A stretch of 30,007 nt of DNA from a virus (taxonomy: Duplodnaviria; Caudoviricetes), in IMG/VR virus record IMGVR_UViG_3300031857_000969, positions 1-30,007 of that record; one strand, 5' to 3'. Below, piece by piece: positions 1-9,414 of the stretch. The position numbers and the translations under genes are program-made. The notes beneath the pieces were generated by a model that saw nothing but the letters and a program-made list of their open reading frames with translations, was not told where the DNA came from and ran no database searches. How positions within the stretch are numbered: position 1 is the first letter of the stretch; every line of letters starts with the position of its first letter.

Positions 1-352
1 TCTGGGATGCGCCCGAGCGGTGGCGGGTCTGAACACTGACCCCCGCGTTCAGGGCGCTCTGGACGCGACACAGGCGTGGCTGGACGACCCGAGCGAGGCG
101 AATCGTCTGGCCGCCTATGCCGCCGCCGATGCCGCCTATGCCGACGCCGATGCCGCCCGTGCCGCCTGGGCCGCCGCCCGTGCCGCCGCCCGTGCCGCCT
201 GGGCCGCCGCCCGTGCCGCCGCCTGGGCCGCCGTCTATGCCGCCCGTACCGCCGCCTATGCCGCCGCCGATGCCCGTGCCGCCGCCGATGCCCGTGCCGC
301 CGCCGATGCCGCCCAACGTGAATTGTTTTTGCAGATTGTGGAGGCCGCGTGA
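1..352 (+). CDS. Ala-repeat protein, 5'-truncated by window edge (Imm5-like helical N-terminal part plus AAY/AAW/AAD/AAR repeats); paralog of 29512..30007
   Basis: Frame is open from base 2 (LGCARAVAGLNTDPRVQGALDATQAWL...). Near-identical to the minus-strand copy at the other end, with mostly synonymous differences. Confidence 0.75.
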   Translation, partial: LGCARAVAGLNTDPRVQGALDATQAWLDDPSEANRLAAYAAADAAYADADAARAAWAAARAAARAAWAAARAAAWAAVYAARTAAYAAADARAAADARAAADAAQRELFLQIVEAA

Positions 353-361
353 CCCGGCGCG
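1..361. repeat. Left arm of long imperfect inverted repeat (partner 29503..29905)
   Basis: 1..~112 matches the reverse complement of ~29794..29905 with 6 substitutions. The 3' part is identical through GTGACCCGGCGCG (361 / 29503) apart from repeat-unit number. Confidence 0.95.
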
Positions 362-384
362 CATATTTCAGGACCCCCGCGTGA
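349..384 (+). pseudogene. 11-codon mini-ORF ([11 protein letters not shown]), probable remnant of the TetR gene 5' end
   Basis: Starts with the same GTGACCCGGCGC as the TetR gene at 29515. GTGA overlaps link it to both the upstream stop (350-352) and the MTase start (381). Confidence 0.45.
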
Positions 385-1622
385 CCGCCTATTACAACGA
401 AATCGACCCGTACGCCGCCCAGTGGCTGCGCAATCTCATAGCTGCCGGGCATATCGCGCCGGGCGACGTAGACACCCGCTCAATCGAGGACGTGCGACCC
501 GATGATGTCCGCCCCTACGCCCAATGCCATTTCTTCGCCGGAATTGGCATCTGGAGCGCCGCCCTGCGACGCGTTGGGTGGCCTGACGATCGGCCAATTT
601 GGTCTGGATCTTGCCCATGCCAACCTTTCAGCGCGGCAGGCAAAGGCGATGGGTTTGCTGACGAGCGGCATCTATGGCCCGCAATGTTCCATCTCATCAC
701 GGCATGCCGACCGGAGCATATCGTTGGCGAACAGGTTGCGTCTCCAGACGGACTGGCTTGGTTCGACCTTGTACAAACTGACCTGGAAGGTGCGGACTAC
801 GCCAGCGGGGCGGTCGATATCTGCGCTGCGGGGTTCGGCGCACCGAACCTGCGTCAGCGACTTTACTGGCATGCTCGTGCGCTCGGGGTGGCCGACGCCA
901 ATGGCGGGCTCACCGGCCACGGCGACGAACAACGAAGCGGGCAATTCGGACTACTCGCGGCGGGTGGTGGAATTGTCGAGTTGGCCGACGCCGGACGCGC
1001 AAGCTTTCAACGTGGGGGTCGACCCGACGAAACACATGGAACGGCTGGAGCGATTGAAAGAGACGCACGGCAACGGGAACGGGGCGGGTCTGACGCTGGG
1101 AATAGCGGCGCACCTCGCCGCGTGGTCGGAGTCGACCACGCGGGACTGGAAAGACACGGCCGGGATGGCGACGGTGAGTCCGGACGGTCGGCCACGGCTG
1201 GACCAGCTACCGCGACAAGCGCAGCTTTCCACATGGCCAACGCCGCGAGCAGCGAAAGCCGGCCCGGACTACGCGATAGCGAACCGAACGGAGAGCGGTG
1301 GTCTGTCGCTCCAGACCACCGCAGCCCTCAGCACATGGCCGACGCCCCGAGCGGAGGATGCGGAATCGAGCGGCTCACGAGTCAGCCGGGGCGTGAACGA
1401 TACGTTGACTGCGGTGTCCCGGCTGGTCGGCCCGGCCCGGTTAACGGCGCATGGGGAGTTGCTGACTGGCTCCATTGCCGGGATGGAAAGTGGCGGCCAG
1501 TTGAGAGCGGGACATTCCCGTTGGCTGATGGGGATCCCGCCCGCTTGGGACGATTGCGCGCCTACGGAAACGCGATCAACCTTGAGCAAGCGGTCGGCTT
1601 CCTGGCCGCCGCGCTCCCCTAG
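381..1622 (+). CDS. DNA cytosine-C5 methyltransferase, catalytic ('alpha') polypeptide
   Basis: GTG at 381. Motifs: YYNEID, FFAGIG (I), GSCPCQPFS (IV), GEQV (VI), RQRLYW (VIII), RLRAYGNAI (X). No motif IX in this frame. Confidence 0.9.
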   Translation: MTAYYNEIDPYAAQWLRNLIAAGHIAPGDVDTRSIEDVRPDDVRPYAQCHFFAGIGIWSAALRRVGWPDDRPIWSGSCPCQPFSAAGKGDGFADERHLWPAMFHLITACRPEHIVGEQVASPDGLAWFDLVQTDLEGADYASGAVDICAAGFGAPNLRQRLYWHARALGVADANGGLTGHGDEQRSGQFGLLAAGGGIVELADAGRASFQRGGRPDETHGTAGAIERDARQRERGGSDAGNSGAPRRVVGVDHAGLERHGRDGDGESGRSATAGPATATSAAFHMANAASSESRPGLRDSEPNGERWSVAPDHRSPQHMADAPSGGCGIERLTSQPGRERYVDCGVPAGRPGPVNGAWGVADWLHCRDGKWRPVESGTFPLADGDPARLGRLRAYGNAINLEQAVGFLAAALP

Positions 1623-1641
1623 TACGACAGCGTCAGCGTAA
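649..1641 (+). CDS. Overlapping-frame methyltransferase 'beta' polypeptide (WPTP modules plus motif IX-like segment); start uncertain, frame open from 502
   Basis: Stop-free +1 frame of >1.1 kb. Five W-P-T-P-type repeats and C-terminal [18 protein letters not shown] resembling motif IX (RLMGFP). Confidence 0.7.
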   Translation: MGLLTSGIYGPQCSISSRHADRSISLANRLRLQTDWLGSTLYKLTWKVRTTPAGRSISALRGSAHRTCVSDFTGMLVRSGWPTPMAGSPATATNNEAGNSDYSRRVVELSSWPTPDAQAFNVGVDPTKHMERLERLKETHGNGNGAGLTLGIAAHLAAWSESTTRDWKDTAGMATVSPDGRPRLDQLPRQAQLSTWPTPRAAKAGPDYAIANRTESGGLSLQTTAALSTWPTPRAEDAESSGSRVSRGVNDTLTAVSRLVGPARLTAHGELLTGSIAGMESGGQLRAGHSRWLMGIPPAWDDCAPTETRSTLSKRSASWPPRSPSTTASA

Positions 1642-2659
1642 ACGCCGTTGGGTCGATTGCGCCCGCGTTCTGGTTCGCGTTGCCGCCCTGGAATCGAATA
1701 GTGAACCCGGCGGCTGTTTGGTTTGACACGTTCGCGGTGAGGTTTGGATTCGACGCGCTACTGTTCATGAACGAGACGCCGTAATAGGCGTCGGGCGCAT
1801 TGGCGGACAACACCACGTCATACGTCGCCGATGTGCTTGTGCGCGTGACGCTCGCCACGCCGACCGCGCGTGACAGGGTGCAGGCTCCCGCCGTGCCCCG
1901 ACCCAGGGCGTACACCATGGGCCGGAAGGCTAGATCCGCCAGCGGGACGTCCGCCACGTTGGCGGTCCCGGTCGCGTTGATCGTGGTGGAAGCGACCGTT
2001 TGCGACGGCGAGACGGTATACGTGCCCGTCCCCCCCGTGCCCGTCAGGAACGCCGTGATGCGCGTGCCCGCCGTGACCCCCGTGCCGCTTAGCGTCGCGC
2101 CAACCGCAAGCGTCCCCGAGGCGACGGCGGACACGGTCATGGTCGCGCCGGCAATATCCGCCGTGGTGACCGCCGCCGTGCCGACATTGGCCTTGACCGT
2201 GAGCGACGGCATTTGCGCGAGCTGCGCATTCGCAACGCTGTTTGGGGCTACCAGAGCTTGCCAGTTCGCCGACGCACCGGCATCCGGGTTGACGGTGTTG
2301 TTTTCGGCCATGGAGACCCAAAACAGGCCCGCCGTGGTCGAGCGCAACACTGCGCCCAGGGGATAGCCGCCGATTGCTGCGGAGAACGCCGAATCCCACA
2401 CGCCCGTCCCGCCGGCTTGAAACCAGCGGCTCCAGCCGGTTTCGGCGTACAGAATGCCGTTCATGTCCTCGCCGAAAGGGGCGACGCCGCCCGAGCCGAG
2501 CGGCGTGAACGTCAGCGGGGGGAAACCATCGGTCAGACTGGCCGCGCCGTCTTCAATACCGATCTGCGACGCCTGCGGTATGGCGCGCTTGTATACCCCG
2601 ACTGTCGCAGAATTCGCGAACGGGATATTGAACTTCGCGGGAATGTCGGACGACTGCAT
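1619..2659 (-). CDS. Tail fibre protein
   Basis: Last gene after the baseplate. N-terminus (IPFA...[14 protein letters not shown]...DMNGIL) is typical of myovirus fibre anchors; beta-rich C-terminal domain. Confidence 0.8.
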   Translation of the reverse strand: MQSSDIPAKFNIPFANSATVGVYKRAIPQASQIGIEDGAASLTDGFPPLTFTPLGSGGVAPFGEDMNGILYAETGWSRWFQAGGTGVWDSAFSAAIGGYPLGAVLRSTTAGLFWVSMAENNTVNPDAGASANWQALVAPNSVANAQLAQMPSLTVKANVGTAAVTTADIAGATMTVSAVASGTLAVGATLSGTGVTAGTRITAFLTGTGGTGTYTVSPSQTVASTTINATGTANVADVPLADLAFRPMVYALGRGTAGACTLSRAVGVASVTRTSTSATYDVVLSANAPDAYYGVSFMNSSASNPNLTANVSNQTAAGFTIRFQGGNANQNAGAIDPTAFTLTLSY

Positions 2660-2667
2660 GGCGGCCT

Positions 2668-3225
2668 CTAGGTCACGATGGAAGCGACGACGCCGGCGGG
2701 TTTCGCCAGCACGCCCGTCTGAGATACCACGGCCAGCTCCACGGCGGTGAGCGCGAAATCGAACGTGTACGTCATGGTCATATTCGCGCCGTCTGTGCAG
2801 TAGCAGTTGCCCCGGCCGGGAAACAGGTTTCGCATGATCTGGTTAATGGCCGCCATGGAGCCGTCGCAGATGTTCGAAAGGGCCTTGGCGTAAATCAGGG
2901 TTCGATATGCTGCGTCGGACAGTGCGTAATTATCCGTCCCCCCGGTGCCCGAAAAAAATGTGCCCTGGCCGAACGGCTCGCCCGCACCCTCCGTAAACCC
3001 GAACAACGGATCGCCGGTCGGAATCTGCACAACGCGGCCGACGCCGACGATGCGCCCCCAGACGTCGAGACCCCAGCCGACCGCCGTAGCGACGTTCCAC
3101 ACGTAGTCATAAAACGCGTCGAAATCGACGGCCGGGTCCACGTAGGCGTCCATATCCTCCACGAGCTGCACGAGCGTCGGGCTGGCCGCGTACTGCGATA
3201 TGATGGTGGCCCGGGCGTTCAGCAT
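2668..3225 (-). CDS. Baseplate protein (DUF2612-like)
   Basis: Start [13 protein letters not shown] overlaps the upstream stop (TGATG). Motifs [12 protein letters not shown] and [10 protein letters not shown]; follows baseplate J. Confidence 0.8.
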   Translation of the reverse strand: MLNARATIISQYAASPTLVQLVEDMDAYVDPAVDFDAFYDYVWNVATAVGWGLDVWGRIVGVGRVVQIPTGDPLFGFTEGAGEPFGQGTFFSGTGGTDNYALSDAAYRTLIYAKALSNICDGSMAAINQIMRNLFPGRGNCYCTDGANMTMTYTFDFALTAVELAVVSQTGVLAKPAGVVASIVT

Positions 3226-4661
3226 CACACGAGCGTCACGGCTATGTCGGCGGCGGTGATGGACGGCACCTGGTTTATGTTGGGCGTCAGCAGGTCCAGC
3301 GCGGGCGTGACGCCGACCAAGCCGGCCGTGCTCCCGACCGTCTGCGAAATGCCCACTGTGTACGTCCCCGTGCCACCCGTTCCGGTCCCCAGCGCCGTGA
3401 TCACGGTGCCGACCGCCACCGCGCCGCCAACAACCGTCTGGCCGACCGCAAGCGTCCCCGAGGCGACGGCGGACACGGTCATGGTCGCGCCGGCTATCGA
3501 CGCCGTAAACGTCGCGCTCGGGGCGTTCGCCGACCCGATTTTGATGGAAATGATTTCGCGCGCCCATTCGCCCAGCGCCGCGATTGCGGCGTAATACCGG
3601 CTCGCGTACACAGTCCCGCCGATGCGAGCTCGCGCCCCGCCGTCGCCTCCGGCGAACGCCGCGACAATCGCCGTCTGGATTTGCGCGGCGGCGTCCGCAG
3701 GGACATTGACGCTGTCAGTAATCTGCACGGCGAACAAGATCCGCAACGCAGCCGGGGTGGTCACATACACGGTGTAGGTCGGATAGGGCAGGACGTATCC
3801 GGTGGAATCATCCGTGACCGTGTAGGCGGTCGCGCCGCTGGTGACGTAGGGAATGCCCGGCGGCTTCTTGCTCCACACGGCGTGCGCGACGTCCTGGCCG
3901 ACGCCGCCAAACGCACACACGTACAGCGCATATGCGGGGATGGTCACGCCTTGAACGGTCACGGGGGAGGCCGTGCTGTTGTCCGTGACATAGGCGTCGG
4001 TCACGTCGGGCACATTGAGCACCGCGCCGCGGATGGCGGCCAGCGTGTTCCGGGCGTTCAGCGCGACAGACGCCTGGCGTCGCGCTTCGAAATCGGCCCG
4101 GCTTTCGACGTTGACGCCGGGCACGCCCGCAGTGGGGTTCGTGATGCTGTCCCACCCGGGCACGGCGCGGTATATCGTCGTGACGCTCGCCGCAGGGCAA
4201 GCGATCGGCCCGGTCACGCTGGCCGCAAACGGCACGGTGACGGTGCCCCCCAGTCCGATTGTGGCGGCCGACGTGCTGGTGTAGAGCTGGCCGTCCGTCG
4301 CCGTCGCCAACGACCCGGCGGGGATTACCGTACCGGCCGCGCCGCTACATGTGCAGTTCACGAGTGTCGACGTCGCCGGATTGCGTTCGATGAAATAGAT
4401 GCGGCCGATGGCGTCCTGCATACGGCCGGCGGCGAACGCCGGATCAACGCCGTTCACGTACTCCAGAAACTGATCGTTTTTGTTGCCGATGATCGCGGCG
4501 AGGCTGGACGCAAGCTGGCCCTGGGGCGTCTCCAGCGCCGGGTTGAGGCCGCCGCCGAACGCGGTGTTCATATCCGTCTGAACGCCGGCCAGAATAGCGG
4601 ATTCGCTAGGGGCGGTGAAGCCGTTAGGGCCGAACGTAGGCGACGGGACGCTGGTGGGCAT
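3225..4661 (-). CDS. Baseplate J/gp47-like wedge protein
   Basis: [30 protein letters not shown] motifs; position in baseplate cluster. Confidence 0.88.
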   Translation of the reverse strand: MPTSVPSPTFGPNGFTAPSESAILAGVQTDMNTAFGGGLNPALETPQGQLASSLAAIIGNKNDQFLEYVNGVDPAFAAGRMQDAIGRIYFIERNPATSTLVNCTCSGAAGTVIPAGSLATATDGQLYTSTSAATIGLGGTVTVPFAASVTGPIACPAASVTTIYRAVPGWDSITNPTAGVPGVNVESRADFEARRQASVALNARNTLAAIRGAVLNVPDVTDAYVTDNSTASPVTVQGVTIPAYALYVCAFGGVGQDVAHAVWSKKPPGIPYVTSGATAYTVTDDSTGYVLPYPTYTVYVTTPAALRILFAVQITDSVNVPADAAAQIQTAIVAAFAGGDGGARARIGGTVYASRYYAAIAALGEWAREIISIKIGSANAPSATFTASIAGATMTVSAVASGTLAVGQTVVGGAVAVGTVITALGTGTGGTGTYTVGISQTVGSTAGLVGVTPALDLLTPNINQVPSITAADIAVTLV

Positions 4662-5056
4662 TACACGGCTCCTACGGACGTCGTCACGCCGTTGACGTTT
4701 CCAACAAAATTGATCGTCGAATTCGCTGCGCCGTCAAGGTAGCGCACAAGCACCTGCCCGGCGAGGGTTCGATGATCAATCGGGAACAGGTCGCACGCCG
4801 CCCCGGTGACGCCGGGAACCGTGAGGGCGGCCTGAATCATCCGCTCCTGGATAAGAGACGGCGGCGGAAAAAGCCCCAGAATTTGTTGGAAGTAGGTCAC
4901 GCCTACCGCCGTGTCATACCAGAGCTCGCCCGAGAACAGGCGGATCGCGCTGGCGACGTCCTGGGCCACGGCGTACGGCTCGGTCGCCAATGCGATGTTG
5001 CCCGATGCGTCGAGCACCAGGTCCCAAGCCGATTGATCCAGTAGCAGCGTATTCAC
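4661..5056 (-). CDS. Baseplate wedge/sheath initiator (gp25/gp46-like)
   Basis: [12 protein letters not shown]...[18 protein letters not shown]; lies between spike and J genes. Confidence 0.75.
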   Translation of the reverse strand: MNTLLLDQSAWDLVLDASGNIALATEPYAVAQDVASAIRLFSGELWYDTAVGVTYFQQILGLFPPPSLIQERMIQAALTVPGVTGAACDLFPIDHRTLAGQVLVRYLDGAANSTINFVGNVNGVTTSVGAV

Positions 5057-5682
5057 GTCGGCGTCCCCGTCGTTCCGGAGCCGATGGTAACGCCGCCGTG
5101 GGTGTGCGTCGAGACGGACTTGCCGGCCGCGACAACGTCACCGGTGAACGTGCCCGTCGACGAACCCGTAAGCGCCCCGAGGCATTCGATCACGGGGGCT
5201 TCCAGCGTGATTTTCGTAGGCGACAAGACCCGGACGCCGGCGGTTGTCAATTCGACGTACTGCGTCGGCGCGGCGTTCAGGATGCCGCCGACGTACACCC
5301 CGTCCGCCCAATCCATCACGCGGGCGCTGCCTGGGGGGCTGGGCGCTCGATTTGCTTTCACGGCGGAAATGTCGCGGTTGGCAAACACGGCTAGCCCCAG
5401 GTCGCCGGCGGCCGGATCCAGAATGATCGCGTTCACGCCGCCTTGGATCCGCACATACGGCAATCCGTATATGACCCCGTGATCATAGGCGTCGCCGATG
5501 CCGTTGACCTGCTTTACGAGCGGGAGCACGTCGACAGTTCCGGCGGCCGTGTCGACTGCCTCCACGCGCACGACGGTGGCGGTCGCAAGCTGGCCTAGGA
5601 TCATGCGGACAATGAAGTCCGTCGCGTTGTGCTCGCTTGAGCCGCTGCTAGGCTGTTGAAAGCCGTGGAATTGCTCGCTCAT
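5053..5682 (-). CDS. Baseplate central spike (gpV/Gp138-like)
   Basis: OB-fold-like N-terminus (VDVLPLV, GDLGLAVFANRDIS) and C-terminal HTH metal-binding tip (STHTHGGV). Confidence 0.88.
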   Translation of the reverse strand: MSEQFHGFQQPSSGSSEHNATDFIVRMILGQLATATVVRVEAVDTAAGTVDVLPLVKQVNGIGDAYDHGVIYGLPYVRIQGGVNAIILDPAAGDLGLAVFANRDISAVKANRAPSPPGSARVMDWADGVYVGGILNAAPTQYVELTTAGVRVLSPTKITLEAPVIECLGALTGSSTGTFTGDVVAAGKSVSTHTHGGVTIGSGTTGTPT

Positions 5683-6557
5683 TTCGGGGCCTCACGGCCG
5701 TACGTAATGCACTGCATTCGGGTAAACCACGGGCCGCCGTTCGTCTCGCTGGACAGCGAATGACTCAGCTCATAGACCTTGAACCGGCCGCTGGCGGCGG
5801 GAATCGACGACTGAACTTCGATCTCGCCATTAAAACGCACGTTTGGGTTATACAGGCTGGTCACGATCATCGCGTTCTGCACATAGGCCGGATACCCGAC
5901 CATGCCGGTGTCCGCCGCAATTCTCGGCACGACGCCCCCGCCACGCACGCCGTTACGGGGTAGGATGACGAGCGTTTTTCCGTCCAGGGCCTGATCGTCG
6001 AATACCAGATCAAAGTTGCCCGCGCGGGCGATGGCTTCGGCCTGTTGCCGCCCGGTGCCGGGGAAATAGGACGGCGGAAGCGTAGCCTTGACGCCATTGT
6101 TTTCGAACAGGTAGTTCATTTGCGACGCCAGCCCGGACATGATCGTGGCCGCGTCGGTCGCCGTGGCGGTGCTGGTAGGCGCAAGCGGCCGTAGGGCGTC
6201 CAGCAAGGCGGGGTAGGCGTTGACGGTGAACATCGTATCGGGCGCACCGTCAAATGACGCGTACGCCTCGGAAATCTGCCCCGTGAACACCGCCGCTTTC
6301 CCGTTGCGTTCGTCGCCGGCAATCACGGTCACGGTGTTCTGACGAATATCCGGGTAGAGCTGGCCGAGCGTCGTCAGTTGGTTTATGACGGACAGGGGGA
6401 CGCCGAACGCGCGAATGCTGGCGGTGCCGTATGACGGGCCGCCCGTAAGCTGGATATCGGCCGCGACCTTGAGGCCCGTAAGCGTGATTTGGTCCGCGCC
6501 GCCGGTTTGCGAGCCGAGGTTAAACACCAGGTCGATTGTCCGCCGCGCGTAGGTCAC
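5679..6557 (-). CDS. Baseplate hub protein
   Basis: Size and position before the spike; TGMVGYP motif. Confidence 0.75.
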   Translation of the reverse strand: MTYARRTIDLVFNLGSQTGGADQITLTGLKVAADIQLTGGPSYGTASIRAFGVPLSVINQLTTLGQLYPDIRQNTVTVIAGDERNGKAAVFTGQISEAYASFDGAPDTMFTVNAYPALLDALRPLAPTSTATATDAATIMSGLASQMNYLFENNGVKATLPPSYFPGTGRQQAEAIARAGNFDLVFDDQALDGKTLVILPRNGVRGGGVVPRIAADTGMVGYPAYVQNAMIVTSLYNPNVRFNGEIEVQSSIPAASGRFKVYELSHSLSSETNGGPWFTRMQCITYGREAPK

Positions 6558-6853
6558 GCGGGACCGTCCACATACGCCAGGACCCAGCGGGTTCCGAGCC
6601 CAGACGCTTCTGGGTCGCTACTGCCCTGCGTGTCGGCGAACAGCAAATCGCCAACAAACCCGAAATACGCATCCCGAACAATGCCGACGCCGTTGCGGCA
6701 AGCAACGCCGCCCAGCGTGAGCACGTCGGCCACATACAGGTCGAGATACAGCCCGGTCGATTTCTGGTAGACGTGAATTCGGCACGGTTGCCCCCCGAGC
6801 CGAACCGACAGCGTCTGCGAATTCGTGGCGAGGAGGGGAATGATCTGGGTCAT
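6554..6853 (-). CDS. Small baseplate (plug-like) protein
   Basis: 99 aa, IPL...QTLSVRLGGQ...GDLLFADTQG..DP; lies between Dit-like and hub genes, with ATGA/GTGA overlaps. Confidence 0.7.
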   Translation of the reverse strand: MTQIIPLLATNSQTLSVRLGGQPCRIHVYQKSTGLYLDLYVADVLTLGGVACRNGVGIVRDAYFGFVGDLLFADTQGSSDPEASGLGTRWVLAYVDGPA

Positions 6854-7761
6854 GGGGGCGACAGTCCAATCGCGCGCGACCGCGATTCCGTGACCGCCAC
6901 GCTCTGGGGCGGCGTGGGCGTAGCGGGCTGCACGGGGCCAGCGTTGACGTCCGCCGCGCCGCTGGCCGATTTAGTGTTTGTGAACGCCGTGGCGGCATAC
7001 GCGCGGATCCGCTGCAATCGCACCTCCACGCTCATCAGGCCCGCGCCCTTAGCCGCCGTGCGATCATAGGACAGGCCGACCACGTTCATTTCCGTGTAGG
7101 TGAATTCCGGCGTCGCGACGTTGTACAGGTCAAGGCTTGCCAGCGCGAGCTCGCACGCCGACAGAAAGCTGTTTTTCTCTGCAACAGTGCCGCCCTTCAT
7201 GAACGCGACGCGCACCTGGAAAGGCACTTCGACTTTGTTGTACGATTCGAAAGTGCCGCGCTCCACGGGGAACGTCGCGACGTTGAATTCACGATTGTAG
7301 TCCAGCCCGGCGACACTATCCCCCACAAGAACCGGAGTGCCCGCCGCCGTGAACACGCCCCACTGAAACGGCGGGGCCGCCGTGACGTTGATGGCCGCAG
7401 GTCGGCCAAACGAGCCCGCAAGCTGGGAGACGACGCCCAGAAGGTTCGCCCGGATCACCCCCGTGGCGCGGTCGACCGTTCCGGTTAGCGACCCGAGCAC
7501 GTTACCGCTCAACAGGCCGGAAAGCGCCGCGTTGAGATTGTTGTTCACGTCCAGGACGCCGCGAAGCGTGCCGACCATGGCGCTGGTTTGGCCAGACGAC
7601 TGGGCGATGAACCCGGCAATATTGCCGGAGAACACCCCGGACAGCGGATCCAACGACCCCGTGAGCGACCCCGTGAGCGTGTTGACGACGCCGGAAACCG
7701 CGCGCTTGATGTTCGGCACGCCGGGGACGTTCGGTACGTTCGGAAAGGGAATCAGAGGCAT
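6850..7761 (-). CDS. Tail tube initiator/Dit-like baseplate protein with Gly/Leu-rich N-terminal extension
   Basis: FPVERGTFESYNKVEVP motif; directly follows the tape measure gene. Confidence 0.72.
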   Translation of the reverse strand: MPLIPFPNVPNVPGVPNIKRAVSGVVNTLTGSLTGSLDPLSGVFSGNIAGFIAQSSGQTSAMVGTLRGVLDVNNNLNAALSGLLSGNVLGSLTGTVDRATGVIRANLLGVVSQLAGSFGRPAAINVTAAPPFQWGVFTAAGTPVLVGDSVAGLDYNREFNVATFPVERGTFESYNKVEVPFQVRVAFMKGGTVAEKNSFLSACELALASLDLYNVATPEFTYTEMNVVGLSYDRTAAKGAGLMSVEVRLQRIRAYAATAFTNTKSASGAADVNAGPVQPATPTPPQSVAVTESRSRAIGLSPP

Positions 7762-9200
7762 TATTTCATCCCCGTGTTCGCCTGCGTGATCGCCTGACGC
7801 ACGCCAGCCGCCACGCCCTTGGCGTCCGTCGCCTGGGTATTAACAACGACGGTCCCAATGTTCACGGTGTTGTTTCGAAGCACGCTTTGGCCATGTCGCA
7901 TGTCGACGTCCCGTCCCCGGGTGCCCGGCCGCATGAAGCCCCAGTCGACGCCGCCGACGTAATTCGATAGCGCCTCCACTTCGGTCTTGGAGCCGCGAAT
8001 CAAATTGCCGGCCGCCCGTTCGCTGTTTGTGAGCTCCCATTGCATGAACGCGATCTGTTGCTCGTACGTCGAGCCCTGTAGCTTGCGCCCCATGACCTTT
8101 TCGAATTGCGCCTGACGTCCGCTTGATCTTGTCCATTGGCCAAGGCCGTACGCAGTCGACGTCGGATTCTTGATGCTGGGCGAAAACGTGCCGGCCGTTT
8201 CGGCGGAAATCCCGGCCGCCATCCCGCGGGCCTGGGCGTGCGTATACCCCATGGCCATAAGATCGGCCACAACACGGCCGAATGATGCGCGCCCGGTGCC
8301 GATAGTCGGGCGCTGCCCCGCGCCCGGTGTAGGCGCGGCCCCGACGAACCGGTTTCCGAACGGGCCGCCGCTCATGATGTAATCCGCAAGGCTTTCCGGC
8401 GACCGCTCCAGGTATTCCGCAACCGCGTCCATAGCTCGTGTCGCCAACGGCAGCGCCTGAGTAGTGGCTTGCCTGGCGCGGTCTCGTGCGGCGCTGGTGA
8501 CGCGACTGGACGCGCGTTCAAAATTCTTGGCCGCGTCGGCGTCCCGCGCCGAAACCGTCGCGTTGACCTGTGCGGCGTCCATGCGGGTCTGGAGCGCACC
8601 CGGGCCGTCCACGAGAGAATTGATGTACGGATCGCCAAACCCTAGCCGGCGCATGCGGTCGGCCTGTATGCGCGGGTCGCCCCGCTGAAACGCGGCGGCG
8701 GCGGCAAGCCCGAACGCGTCCGGATCGCCTAGGGCCGAGGGCGCGATGCCGAGCACGCCCAGCAAGCCCGCGCGTTGCGGATCCAGCCGCCCCGTGACCC
8801 TATCGACCCCGAGCTGGTTTATGGTCTGCAACGCGCCAATCGCGTCTTCGTTCGTACCGCCGACGCCGCGCACGACGCCCTGCCACTTGGCGATTTTTTC
8901 AGTTGCAAGCCCCAGCGTTGTCGACAGTCGGCCGACCGCTGCGTCAGTTTTTGCCGTGTTCGCCACGAACGCCGTCATGGCCGCGCCGCCGGCCAGCACG
9001 GACAAGAAACCCATCGCCTCGGTTTTTGCCGCGCTGAACGCCTGACGCTGTTTGCGGCTTTGATCTTCAATCAGCTTTCCGCTTTTGAGAGCAGCGGTTT
9101 TCTCGCGCTCCAGTTGGCGGTTCGCTTCGTCGGCCTGCTTTTTGAACTGCGACGGGTCCAGCCCGAGCGTGACGATCAGCTCATCAATAACGGTGGGCAT
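7761..9200 (-). CDS. Tape measure protein with C-terminal phage-tail lysozyme domain
   Basis: MPTVIDELIVTLGLD start, Ala-rich helical body, then GISAET...AYGLGQW...QQIAFMQWEL lysozyme-like motif. Confidence 0.85.
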   Translation of the reverse strand: MPTVIDELIVTLGLDPSQFKKQADEANRQLEREKTAALKSGKLIEDQSRKQRQAFSAAKTEAMGFLSVLAGGAAMTAFVANTAKTDAAVGRLSTTLGLATEKIAKWQGVVRGVGGTNEDAIGALQTINQLGVDRVTGRLDPQRAGLLGVLGIAPSALGDPDAFGLAAAAAFQRGDPRIQADRMRRLGFGDPYINSLVDGPGALQTRMDAAQVNATVSARDADAAKNFERASSRVTSAARDRARQATTQALPLATRAMDAVAEYLERSPESLADYIMSGGPFGNRFVGAAPTPGAGQRPTIGTGRASFGRVVADLMAMGYTHAQARGMAAGISAETAGTFSPSIKNPTSTAYGLGQWTRSSGRQAQFEKVMGRKLQGSTYEQQIAFMQWELTNSERAAGNLIRGSKTEVEALSNYVGGVDWGFMRPGTRGRDVDMRHGQSVLRNNTVNIGTVVVNTQATDAKGVAAGVRQAITQANTGMK

Positions 9201-9414
9201 TGATCACCCGCGAATTATGAGCGTCCACCTGGAGGACCTCCAGAAGATCGTAAACGTCCTCTAGCCCGTACACTGTATCCAGTTCCGCCAACGTCGCAAG
9301 GCGGTTGGAAATCACGGTGCCGAGTCGATACCCGAGGTTTGGGTATTCGATAAGTCCGGCTGGGGGAGGGTCGCCGCCCTCGCTTTCCACCAGGCGGCGA
9401 CTACGGAAAAATCC
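9184..9414 (-). CDS. Tail assembly chaperone, frameshift extension (lambda T-like)
   Basis: The -1 frame after G GAT TTT encodes LATLAELDTVYGLEDVYDLLEV and has no clear own start. Confidence 0.65.
   Translation of the reverse strand, partial: GFFRSRRLVESEGGDPPPAGLIEYPNLGYRLGTVISNRLATLAELDTVYGLEDVYDLLEVLQVDAHNSRVINAHRY

Noticed and set aside
110-315. CRISPR array
   Set aside because: Short in-frame GCC-based coding repeats with no constant repeat/unique spacer structure; no cas genes.
76-321. Cys/Arg-rich ORF (CRRR repeats)
   Set aside because: Third-frame shadow of the GCC-repeat tract.
1-361. Transposon terminal inverted repeats or assembly mirror artefact
   Set aside because: The arms are coding paralogs with synonymous divergence and different repeat content; no transposase seen. 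Read-level confirmation is still advisable.
117-380. Poly-proline N-terminal extension of the methyltransferase ORF
   Set aside because: It is the shifted reading of the GCC repeats of the Ala-rich gene. The same shadow appears at 29370..29813, where it leads nowhere, and a good GTG start exists at 381.
1976-2170. Thr/Gly module as an intein or intron
   Set aside because: No intein terminal residues (C/S...HN) or splice features; it is a short in-frame beta-rich domain.
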